A DNA stretch of 21,657 nucleotides from Octopus sinensis (lineage: Eukaryota): NCBI RefSeq assembly GCF_006345805.1, contig NW_021823651.1:1-21657 (forward strand), read 5' to 3'. How positions within the stretch are numbered: the stretch's first letter is position 1; the number at the start of each line of letters is the position of its first letter. A program made the translations under genes and the position numbers. The notes beneath the pieces are model-generated. The model ran no database searches. It was not told the origin of the DNA and saw only the letters and a program-made list of their open reading frames with translations. Below, one piece after another: positions 1-9,659 of this stretch.

Positions 1-212
1 TCTTTACTTGCTTCAGTCATTTGACTGCAGCCATGCTAGAGCACCGCCTTTTGTCGAGCAAAGCGACCCCAGGATTTATTCTTTGTAAGCCTAGTACTTA
101 CTATTCTATCGGGGGGCGCGGCGAATCGGTAAGTTACGGGGACGTAAACACCCACCATCAGTTGTCATGCGATGTTGAGGAGACTAACACAGACACACGA
201 ACACACACACAC
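1..212 (-). mobile_element. SINE family A, 3' half (tail at window start)
   Basis: Aligns by eye to 10650-10860 (CAGTCAT.TGACTG..GCCATGCTAGAGCACCGCCT ... GTAAGCCTAGTACTTA ... GTTACGGGGACGTAAACAC) and is the reverse complement of 911-1112. It runs into an expanded (TA)n tract, and the tRNA-like head is missing. Confidence 0.9.
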
Positions 213-237
213 GCACATATATATATATGTATATATA

Positions 238-279
<42 letters not shown>

Positions 280-362
280 ATATATATATACATATATATA
301 TAATATAATATATATATACGTATACATATATACATATACATATACATATGCATATGCATATA
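213..362. repeat. (TA)n-rich compound microsatellite, corresponding to the internal SSR of SINE A
   Basis: Visible TA/TACA repeats at the position where the full copy (10861-10883) has only a short TA tract. Confidence 0.9.
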
Positions 363-363
363 T

Positions 364-840
364 TGTAAGGACGTCACCAACAGCAAGCAACATGAAACAC
401 GAAAACGAAAGAGTTCATCAAGGAAACAACGAGAGAAACAAATGGAAAGCAAGACAAGTAACATAAAGAACGACCCTTCATCAGTTGTCGGTTGTCTATC
501 TACTCCTCATTTCGAGCAATAAACGACAATATAAGGCTTCGAAAGACAGTTCCTCCCGCGAACCAAAATAAAATTTGGGATTTGCGGAGGATCAAATTTG
601 GGCACAAAGACAGGACAGTGGAGACATACAAGGAAACCGAACGTAAACAAACGTGAAGTGTCGTTAGACCAGAAAAAGGGTACAATAGCGAACGCTGGAG
701 AAATATTTTCTTCGACAAGAGAAAAGATACAAGAGAGAGATATAGGATACATCTAGTCTTTAGGACAACCCTGAAAGAAAAGAAAGATGATTACGTGAGG
801 AAAAGTAAGATGGACGATGGTCACGTGTGAGAAACGAGAG
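364..840. mobile_element. Non-coding portion of an interspersed repeat, family uncertain (possibly Penelope-associated)
   Basis: Purine-rich, non-coding sequence resembling a common octopus repeat I recall. There is no second copy in the window to confirm it. Confidence 0.35.
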
Positions 841-910
841 ACAGTAAAGCTGAGAGAGAGAGAGAGAGACGGAGACAGATAGAAAACGGTAAAGGGGAGA
901 AAAAAGGAAT

Positions 911-1112
911 ATGTGTGTGTGCTTATTCCACCCATCATCATTTGACAACCGATGTTGGTGTGTTTATGTCTGACGAACTTAGGCGGTTTGGCAAAAGAGA
1001 CCGATAGTGTAAGTACTAGGCTTACAAAGAATAAGTCCTGGGGTCGATTTGTTCGACTAAAGGCGGTGCTCCAGCATGGCCGCAGTGAAATGATTAAAAC
1101 ATGTAAAATAAG
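911..1112 (+). mobile_element. SINE family A, 3' half
   Basis: TTGACAACCGATGTTGGTGTGTTTA ... AAGTACTAGGCTTACAAAGAATAAGTCCTGGGGTCGATTT ... GGCGGTGCTCCAGCATGGCCGCAGT is the reverse complement of the copies at 1-212 and 10650-10860. Confidence 0.9.
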
Positions 1113-1170
1113 GGAAGGATGAAAGAATATTACATACATAATACACATATAACTGAAAAGTACCCTGCAG

Positions 1171-1266
1171 ACTTCGACAGACAACAGAGTAAAGATTCTT
1201 TAAATGTATTCTTTCTGTGCGTCTCGGTACCAATTATCGCGAAACTCATTACTGGTCCGCAATTCG
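1171..1266 (+). CDS. Candidate exon (unconfirmed), peptide FDRQQSKDSLNVFFLCVSVPIIAKLITGPQF
   Basis: CCCTGCAG acceptor ends at 1170, a 96-nt open frame follows, and a strong GTGAGT donor lies at 1267-1272. No homology recognised. Confidence 0.3.
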
Positions 1267-1388
1267 GTGAGTAAGGATTCCTGCCATAGACTATATTTAG
1301 ATTTTGTTATTGCTCTTTTAGCGGGGAGGCGTTAGGTTTTTTGAAATTTATGGGTGTGGCTGTAGGGAGATGTGACTGTTATTTCTAG

Positions 1389-1438
1389 CGACCTACGTGA
1401 CCATCGAGGAATCCTATGATGAATTTTATGAATACAGG
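1389..1438 (+). CDS. Candidate exon (unconfirmed), peptide (A)TYVTIEESYDEFYEYR
   Basis: TTATTTCTAG acceptor ends at 1388 and a GTCAGT donor starts at 1439. Only the frame in phase with the 1171-1266 exon is open through to the donor. Confidence 0.3.
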
Positions 1439-1519
1439 GTCAGTGTGTAGAGCAGCATGTCTTTATGGAGGATTGGTACGAATTCTTTAACAACGTCAAA
1501 CTCAAATGCGCATGCTCGC

Positions 1520-1856
1520 AAACACACGCACACACACACACACACACACACATACACACATATAAACTCTAGCATAAACACAAACAGCCGGAAACACATG
1601 CATACGCACATACGCACGCACGCACAAACACACATACACAAATACAAAACGATACGCACACACACACATATATAAATATGTATACATTTATATATATATA
1701 TAATATATGTCCCTCTCTCTCTCTCTTCTCTTTTCTCTCGCTCTATCTCTGTCTCTCTCATATATATATATATATATAAAATATTTTTAATTATAAACAC
1801 ATGCATATGTATGTGTATATAAGCGTGTGTGTATATATATATATGTATATATATTT

Positions 1857-1890
<34 letters not shown>

Positions 1891-1987
1891 ATATATTATA
1901 TATATATATATATATACACATATGTGTGTATATATACGTTCATATATATTTATTTTTTGTATATATACATATATATACATAGATATA

Positions 1988-2072
<85 letters not shown>

Positions 2073-2076
2073 ATGC

Positions 2077-2108
<32 letters not shown>

Positions 2109-2110
2109 GC
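1520..2110. repeat. Compound microsatellite (CA)n/(TA)n/(CT)n/(TA)n
   Basis: Directly visible; source of the spurious YI/HT-rich ORFs. Confidence 0.95.
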
Positions 2111-2554
2111 ATGAAATGGATGAATAAATGAATGCGTGCGTATATTTGCGCACACGTGCCACCAGAGCGACCCTTATTTAATAGACACACAAGCATGTGT
2201 CCATTCATACTGGTGCGCATACGTTGTACGGGTGTATACAATAGCAAGCACGTGCCTTCTTAAATTCATATATAGTGATTCGTGATATTATGAATATGTA
2301 GTGGTGAGAGAAAAAGAAAAACAAGAAAGAAAGAAAGAGTTTACGTGTGTGTGTGTGTAGATGTGTTTGTAGAAGTGTGTGTGTCAGTAAAATGTTGTCT
2401 TATATGTGTTGTGTAACGCGAGTATATAACGTTATTTATTGTATTCAAATGTAAAAATTCTAAGTCGGTTTAAATATTCCACCATCTTTTTTTTTTCCGC
2501 TTTTATAACTTCATTTCAGTTTAGTATTATCTGACTTTCTCCCTCATCATCCTT

Positions 2555-2557
<3 letters not shown>

Positions 2558-2617
<60 letters not shown>

Positions 2618-2886
2618 TCTCTCTCTCTTTCTTTTCCTCCCACTCCCTCTTACTCTTTCCTTCCCTCTCTTTTCTTTCCCAGCCTGTATGCGTAAGTTTG
2701 TATATATTTGTGTGCGTGTGTATGGATATATACACACATATATATATATATATATATATATGTACATATGTATATGTGTGTGTGAGTGTGTGTGTGTATA
2801 CATATTATATCGATCTTTCTGAATCCCTTTTCCCAAGAGATATAATTATAGATATTTATACATCAACACAAACACACGATTATACG

Positions 2887-2919
<33 letters not shown>

Positions 2920-3198
2920 ATATTAATAAATAAAACATATGCATATATATATATAGATATATGCATGTACCAACCTCTACATGTATATATACACGCATAT
3001 ATGAATGTATGTATGTATGTATGTATGTATGTATGTATGTATGTATGTATGTATACGTATGTATACGCATATGCTTTCATAAATATACGTACATATACAT
3101 TTATAGAAGCTTTCATACACAATCAGAAGCCTACATACATCTATACATGTACACTTACCTGGATGCATATATATGTATGTGTGCGTGTATGTGTGTGT

Positions 3199-3246
<48 letters not shown>

Positions 3247-3262
3247 TGTGTGTGTGTGTGTG
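2558..3262. repeat. Compound microsatellite (CT)n, (TA)n, (ATGT)n, (GT)n
   Basis: (CT)n ~2558-2628, TA-rich ~2700-2990, (ATGT)n ~3005-3054, (GT)n ~3175-3262. Confidence 0.95.
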
Positions 3263-3636
3263 GTTGTACTTGTGCTTCCGTAAAACAGTAATTCAAACTG
3301 AGATTTTACACCCTAAGACATTCGAAGTTTCATGTTACCGCTGTTCGAAACGACTAAGTGTTATATTACAATATACAGTTTTATAAATGTGTTATATTTT
3401 GGTTCTCAACGAGACTTATATTTTACGATTTAAGCATCTTTAATATAAAATTTGAAATAGTTAAAATATGACTGGTTACAGGCATTTATATGTAGATGTA
3501 GAAAAAATATGAATGAAAAACCTGAGCTTTTCAGTAAGGCAGGTAGAGCCTTACGTCTGTTTCTTATGACTGGGTTCCTAAAAGAAAAGCTATGCTGAAT
3601 ATAACTGTCCTTAAAATATATGACACACGGTTAGTC

Positions 3637-3870
3637 CTAATTAGTCCTTTTTTTGTAATGTGCCAGCTTGACATAATGTATCAGCTCTTTACTGAGGTAT
3701 TTGATGGGAGGTGAAGAGGAATATTTTTCAATTAACATAAAACAGAGTGCTGCTATATCAGCAGTATAGAATATCTCTGCTATAAAGGGGTTAGCCAAGT
3801 CATAGTGCTCGTTAGATATCTGCTCGATTTCAAATCCCAGTTCTTTTACGTTATAACTGTTTGAATAATT
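3637..3870 (-). pseudogene. Unidentified coding-like segment (YNVKELGFEIEQISNEHYDLANPFIAEIFYTADIAALCFMLIEKYSSSPPIKYLSKELIHYVKLAHYKK)
   Basis: Stop-free, compositionally complex frame in unique sequence, on the same strand as the decayed frame at 4730-6030. It could instead be a terminal exon (CAAACAG acceptor near 3857). Confidence 0.35.
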
Positions 3871-3986
3871 ATATAAGTGCATGCATGCGTGTGCGTGCAT
3901 GTCTATCTGTGTATATATATATGAGATATATATGTATATAGGGGAGTATTGTAGTTCGCTTGAAGTATTGTGTATTGTTTGTAAAG

Positions 3987-4301
3987 AAAACGTTTTGAAT
4001 GGTACATCTGCACTATAATATAGACAATGGGCTATTTACCTGTTGTAATTTAGTCATTCATAGTCTGATACGATATTTCGGAACAATATTCCTTCTTCAG
4101 ATATTCTTAGATGGAGTCGCTGTTATAATCGGTTTTCTATCTATGACTAGATACCGATTATAGCAGTGACTCCATCTAAGAATATCTGAAGAAGGAATTT
4201 TATTCCGAAATATCATATCAGACTATGGATGACTAAATTACAACAGGTATATAGCCCATTGTTTGTATTACAATGCATTGTTGTACCATTCAAAACGTTT
4301 T
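3987..4301. repeat. Long inverted repeat / foldback (MITE-like palindrome)
   Basis: Arms 3987-4133 and 4153-4301 are reverse complements, ~90% identical by manual alignment (11 substitutions plus one small indel patch), with a 19-nt spacer. Confidence 0.95.
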
Positions 4302-4729
4302 ATTATATATATATATATATATTAAAAAACAAACTGGGACAAGAACGCATAACATTTAGAAGACAATACAAAAAAACACGGACGGGACATTCGAAGCCTT
4401 CAATCTTCATTCAAGAACCGGATCATCCTCGCAATTTCGGCTGATTAATCTTGATTGCTCCAATCTGGCCAGCCCAAGGAAAAACTAAGCTACGAGCATT
4501 AGATTTCTTGGAAGAAGGATCGAATGTATACGAAACAGGGACAGAAAAACGGACGATGTTACATGAATATGAATACAAAAATAATACGTAAAAACAATAA
4601 TATTAATAATAATAATAACAGGACATCACAACAGGCGTCTTTCAACTGGGACGTATTAAACTTAGCTGGCGTGCATGTGTGTATATTTGTATGTACATAT
4701 AGAATCTGTAAAATTGTTTTAGTATTCAT

Positions 4730-6030
4730 CTAATAGACTACTGCTCCTGTAATTTCGTCTGTTGATGCTACAAATGTGTTTCTTAAGATTTCTAACACAT
4801 CTATAACTAATTTTGATGGAGTTCTTGTTAAAGATGTTCCACGTTCCTCTGATGAATAGGTAATTATTTTTATATGAGATGAGTTTTAAGAAAGTCCCTG
4901 CCATATGCATGCGTAATTTTTTTATGGATTGGAGACATGTTAAAGATCGGGATGTGTCATAGTTTCTCATGACAACCACTTCCTGTTAAGCCAGTGATAT
5001 AAAAGACTGTCACATGATTAAAATTCTTCATCTGTCGAGATTCCAGAAATGAGATGATCAACATTATTTACTAAAACCTTCAAAATTCAAAGAAGATAAC
5101 CGGAAGACGTTGTTGATTTTTACATAATTCTACGGAAATGTCTAATAAATTTAGCTCCATTTAATTAATATTTCCGATTAATCTTAAGCTACAATCTTTA
5201 AATTCGTTAATGAGGTCTTTCCTAAGCCAATCGAGCAGACAACAGACCACATAACGTTAAATTAATTAACCGTCATCTCTATAAAGCCTATGGCGTTGAA
5301 TTTCATTTTAGCCTAACATATTTAAACTTCAGCAGTCCACAACCATTTGAGTCTTTTGTCATATCACATCACTAGATACGTTTAACCTATGGATTTTTTT
5401 ATAACTAAAGACTTCCTCGTGTGACTAAAAACACTTAAATTAAAATAACTTATCGTGTAAAACTCTTGTCAAATTCCAAACCATTGCAAAGAAGTTTAGA
5501 AATGGAAAGCTACAGTTTTACTATGTTAAACACGGTCAGTTTTGACGTATAATTATTGTGTATTTTGTGAAGATATTCGCATCAGAAACATGTTTTACTA
5601 ATGTCACATCGTCAGTGAATATAGAGTCATTAAACGTTGCAATTAAACTATTCTTGCGGATTTTAAAATTTACTTTCAGATTTACTCGATCTTGAATTCC
5701 ATTGTATCCTATAGTTTCAGGTTGTGAATTAATATGGAAGTTTATTAATTTTATGAAAGATGCTTGTATAGGTTTTTTTTTATGTATTTTTGTAATGTTG
5801 CTTACAATAATTATGAAACATGTAGCTATGTCAATCTCGGAGATTTTAGTCTCGTATGAGAAAAGAAATATTTTCCGACAACTTTTAAGCACTCCTACCC
5901 ATATTTCTAAACGTTCTTCATAGGTGATCGCGTGAAAACGAAATCTTATCTATCTTCCAACACTTCCAACAGTTCTCTTAAAATCCTTGAATATTTCGTA
6001 TGTGGTCGAAAATTCCTTGTTATAAAACAT
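4730..6030 (-). pseudogene. Decayed intronless reading frame of unknown family
   Basis: ATG at 6030, 26 codons, a single TAG (5950-5952), then 137 stop-free codons to 5536 in very AT-rich DNA. Further protein-like pieces follow in shifted frames (LLDWLRKDLINEFKDCSLRLIGN; ILKVLVNNVDHLISGISTDEEF; VFYITGLTGSGCHEKL*HIPIFNMSPIHKKITHAYGRDFLKTHL; YSSEERGTSLTRTPSKLVIDVLEILRNTFVASTDEITGAVVY), the last with strongly A/T-biased third positions. Confidence 0.5.
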
Positions 6031-6088
6031 TATGTTTAGTCGTAAAAGGCTTAAGAAATATATTTTCCAATATATTCGTTTATCAGAC

Positions 6089-6433
6089 ACTAGCAGTATA
6101 GCTCGGCGTTGTTCGGGTTTGCTTTATTTTCGACCCTTTAGAATTGGAATTTTTGAAAAGTAAAAATTTTGCATTATGTAGCTTGTTATTCTCTTTAAGT
6201 GAACATTTTTCTGGGTTGAAATACACCGAAAAATGGCGACACAGCAGTCAAAAAATCGTAAAAACTAGGGATTTTCATAGAGAAGCACCTTTGTGATGTA
6301 AATAATTTTTGATGTAAAGCATCTTTTTGATGTAAATAATTTTTAGTCTTAAAATGGTCCGATTTGAATTTTTTCTTCTACGGAATGAAGAGCAAGCCTT
6401 CTAGCATACTTTCAATTTGGGTCAACTTGCGCC
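6089..6433 (+). mobile_element. Non-autonomous Helitron/Helentron-like element fragment
   Basis: Starts ACTAGCAGTATAGCTCGGCGTTGTTCGGG, resembling the ACTAG...CCCGG..CGGG termini of HINE/Lep1-type elements. Carries an internal ~28-bp tandem duplication around 6284-6345. Confidence 0.5.
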
Positions 6434-6473
6434 TATAAAGAGATGTATACAGGCAAACATATATACATATATA

Positions 6474-6504
<31 letters not shown>

Positions 6505-6518
6505 TAGTGTGGGGGTGG

Positions 6519-6834
6519 GGCACTCCGTCGGTTACGACGACGAGGGTTCCAGTTGATCCAATCAGCAGAGCAGTCTGCTCGTGAAATCAACGTGCATGTG
6601 ACTGAGCACTGCACAGACACGTGTACCCTTAACGTAGTTCTCAGGAAGAATCAGTGTGACACAGAGTGTGACAAGGCTGGCCCTTTTGAAATACAGGTAC
6701 TACTCGTTTTTCCCATCTGAGTGGACTGGAGCAACATGAAATAAAGTGTCTTGCGGACACACTGTGTTGCCGGGGAAATGAACTCGCGACCTTACGATCG
6801 TTAGCCGAATGCCCTAATCATTAAGCCACGCGCC
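6519..6834 (-). mobile_element. SINE family C, tRNA-derived, near full length
   Basis: Minus strand begins GGCGCGTGGCTTAATGATTAGGGCATTCGGCT...GAGTTCATTTCCCCG (degenerate Pol III A and B boxes), then GCAAGACACTTTATTTCA..., ending GTAACCGACGGAGTGCC next to a (CA)n tract. Confidence 0.8.
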
Positions 6835-6929
6835 TTCACGTGTATATATACGTACACACAGATCTTTCACAATAATTTTCATTGTCACTTCATCATCAAC
6901 GTTGTCAACGTCAGCCTTGTCCTAATGAC

Positions 6930-7113
6930 GGACGACGATGATGGTGGTGGTGATGGTGGTGGTGGTAGTGGTGGTGGTGGTAGTGGTGGGATTGAGATGG
7001 TGAAGAAACTGAAGGAGTTGAAGGAAGAGGAAGGGGAGAACGACGAGGGGTGCAAAGAGAATAAGGAACAGCAGGGTGGAAACGTTGTTGATGATGATGA
7101 TGATGATGATGAT
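6930..7113. repeat. Trinucleotide low-complexity tract (GGT)n ... (GAT)n
   Basis: Visible GGT/AGT repeats ~6940-6990 and (GAT)n ~7088-7113. Confidence 0.85.
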
Positions 7114-7612
7114 GCGCAGGCAAAACCGAATTGAGACTTAGTGAATGAAATATCTGACGAGACAGAACACATTTATCTCTGAGATAAAAAGAGAAAGAAA
7201 GAAAGAAAGAGTCTGAGGTAATTAGATTTCTTCTCTTGGTGCCATTTTGTCTAAGATTCAATTCCTTCGTGCCTCATCTGATGTCACAAGTTCAGCTGCA
7301 AGCACACCACCATAAGATGAAGAGACATTTCATTCTTAATATATTCATGTATGGATATGAATGTATCTATATCAAACAACAGACATACATTTGGTCTTCA
7401 ACGCTAGACTCTACCTCGCTTGTGGCAGCCTCGTTTTGGTGTTCAGCGTCTTGCATTTATCAGCAAAACATGCGTGTTACTTGCTAATCTATGGGAATCT
7501 GAAGAACCGGTCGTTTCTGCCAATGACGAACTAAAACTGCTTGGACCATTGAAAAGTATTTGTGAAAACATCGGTTTGATGTTTGTATATTCAATTGTAT
7601 ATCTTGCTAAAT

Positions 7613-7741
7613 ACACACACACACTCACGGACACGGACACACTCAGACACACACACACACACACACATACACATACGTATGGAAAGATAGAAAGAGAGAG
7701 AATACAGAAAGATAGATTGATAGATAGACAGACATATAGAA

Positions 7742-7833
<92 letters not shown>

Positions 7834-7834
7834 C

Positions 7835-7868
<34 letters not shown>
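7613..7868. repeat. (CA)n then (GACA)n/(GATA)n microsatellite
   Basis: Directly visible; abuts the 3' end of the Tx1-like fragment. Confidence 0.95.
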
Positions 7869-7869
<1 letters not shown>

Positions 7870-8409
7870 GTTTCTTTATTGGCCAACAGGGGGCTGCACA
7901 CAGATGGGAAAAGTCACAAGGTAGAGCTTTTCTTTTGGGGGATGCAAAAAACAAAAACAAAAGAAACAAAAAAAAGGTGGCGTGTTGGTTTTCGATCAAA
8001 GGGGATCGTAAAAGGGAAAAAGAAGAACAAAAAAAAAAATAACAAATAAATAGATAAATAAATAAAAAAGAAGAAAAGGAAAGGAACAAAAGAAAAGAGA
8101 AATGAAAAAAAGAAGAAGAAAAAGGGGAAGAGGGGAAAAAAAGCAATCAATAGGGATCGTGTATCACAGTGTTATGATATATGGTGTAAAGGGGATAGCA
8201 AGTAAGGTTTATCCGTGGGAAGAAAAACCTACGAAAAAGACCACGGTAACCTTGGTCAATATTGTTATATGTTACCACATTTTTTTGCTAGTGGGTAACC
8301 CTCTGTTTTCAATTTCTGGGTTCATAGGTGGCTTCGTCATTCATACGTGCCATCCTTGCTACATTCACCCATCTTTTTGTAAAACATTCGCTAGACAAAA
8401 CTTGCCTCT
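7869..8409 (-). mobile_element. L1/Tx1-like LINE 3' fragment (end of ORF2 plus 3' UTR)
   Basis: Minus strand 8407-8309 encodes RQVLSSECFTKRWVNVARMARMNDEATYEPRN*, an ER...F..RW-type C-terminus typical of L1/Tx1 ORF2. A pyrimidine-rich UTR ends AATAAAGAAACT + (TATC)n. A second copy lies at 12243-12498. Confidence 0.7.
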
Positions 8410-8697
8410 ATAGATAGATAGACGGACGAGAAGACAGACAGGCAGAAAGATTGAGAGAGAGATAGGTAGACAGATAGATAGGTAGACAGATAGACAGACA
8501 GAAAGAGAGGAGACAGATATTCGCATTAGGCAAATATTCATTTACCTGCGCATGCGTGTTTATGCACATGCAAGTATAGTAACTTGTTTGTGTGCGTGTG
8601 TGCGTGTGTGCGCGTGTTTGTGTGTTGCGAAGGTCTATGTATGTGACTGTGATTGGTGATAGCCACATCTTCCTAGATTTCATAATGAAGTGTAAAA

Positions 8698-8739
8698 GTC
8701 TTTAACGTTTCGAGCCTACGCTCTTCCACAGAAAAGAAC
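8698..8739 (-). ncRNA. Degenerate minimal type I hammerhead ribozyme motif (retroelement-associated)
   Basis: Minus strand reads TTCTTTT-CTGTGGA-A-GAGC-GTAG-GCTC-GAAAC-GTT-AAAGA: core CUGANGA with one change (A6 to U, position 8728), a 4-bp stem II hairpin, GAAA, and a palindromic ACGT helix III. Confidence 0.55.
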
Positions 8740-8999
8740 ACAGAAGAAACAAGGAGAGAAAATAAAGAATGTGTAGTGGCTAGCGATCTATCATGGCGAA
8801 TGCCGGACAGAAGGGTCACACAGGAGAACTAGGTAGAAGGGGAGATAATAAAGTGGTGGTGATCCCAAAACGAAGGTGCCCGTGCGTGTGTATAAGAGAG
8901 TTTGTATGTGCATATGGAAGAGGGCTGGTGACCTTGACGTGTGCGTGTGTGTATGTGTAAATGTGGGTCTGGGAGGTGGCAGTGCTGATATGTGCAAGG

Positions 9000-9332
9000 T
9001 CCTGTGTTGTGATGTGATGTGTTGTGTAGTATGGTGGTGTATGGTGTAGTGGTGTGTGGTGTGGTGTGGTGTGCTGGTGTTGGGAGGTTGGGGGAGGCGA
9101 GAGTGGGGAAAGCAATGGTAGGGTGGCGGTGGGTGGAACTAGATGTGGGGTATGTGGGAGTGAGTGTAAGTATATATATATATATAATATATATAATATA
9201 TATATATATTATATATATATATAGAGAGAAGAGAGAAAGAAGAGAGAGAGAGAGAGAGCTTCCTACACAAGATGAATTTTTTGAACTCGCCGCCGATAAC
9301 ATTTTGCCATTATATATATATATATATATACC

Positions 9333-9365
<33 letters not shown>
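9000..9365. repeat. Degenerate (GTGTG/GTGGT)n pentamer tract followed by (TA)n, (GA)n and (GT)n
   Basis: Directly visible. Confidence 0.85.
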
Positions 9366-9366
<1 letters not shown>

Positions 9367-9470
9367 ATACAGTGAAGCTTTACTATAGCGTCGTATATTA
9401 TCGACTATTATTTCCAGTAAATATTGGTCCATTGTTGTACCACTATCTTATTTATATATATATATATATA

Positions 9471-9629
9471 CCACAGGTTCCTTTTAGTTTCTGCCTACCA
9501 AATCTACTCACAATACTTTGATCTGCCCGAACCTATAGTAGAAGACACGTGCCCAATGTGTCATATAGTGGGACTCAACTCTGAACCAAAATGGCTGGAA
9601 AACAAGCTTCTTACCACGCAGCCACGCCT
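9471..9629 (-). mobile_element. SINE family A, 5' half (tRNA-like head), diverged
   Basis: Aligns to 10885-11047 (CTATAGTAGAAGACAC.TGCCCAA.GTG.CA...AGTGGGACT.AAC...GAACC ... CTTACCAC.CAGCCAC). It ends at a (TA)n tract and the 3' half is absent. Confidence 0.85.
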
Positions 9630-9659
9630 TAAATCCTTATATTCTCTAATTTAGTCCTA

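Noticed and set aside
108-131. Cluster of G/C substitutions in the first SINE A copy
   Set aside because: The pattern is not A-to-G editing-like; a local mutation or base-calling artefact is more likely.
470-520. CTGATGA and GCTCGAAA on the minus strand (possible hammerhead)
   Set aside because: The order and pairing do not give stems I and III or a cleavage triplet; no complete topology.
184-3386. Many 60-197 aa ORFs rich in YI, CV, HT or RE repeats (likewise around 15824-16434 and 21174-21380)
   Set aside because: Translations of dinucleotide and tetranucleotide microsatellites, which lack stops in several frames.
4737-4859. Plus-strand candidate exon TTAPVISSVDATNVFLKISNTSITNFDGVLVKDVPRSSDE*
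   Set aside because: It shares third-codon positions with the minus-strand fossil frame, so it is probably an antisense shadow, and its stop sits immediately before the donor. Not fully excluded, since it would be in phase with the 1389-1438 exon.
4990-5010. GLTGSGC as a Walker A motif in the fossil frame
   Set aside because: Lacks the invariant K[ST]; not enough to call an NTPase.
6925-7134. ORF with GGGGSGGGGS linker-like and poly-D stretches
   Set aside because: Fully explained by (GGT)n and (GAT)n repeats; no vector or tag context and no splice support.
7420-7600. Plus-strand ORF segment LLANLWESEEPVVSANDELKLLGPLKSICENIG as an exon
   Set aside because: Weak donor sites, no recognised homology, and competing minus-strand reads.
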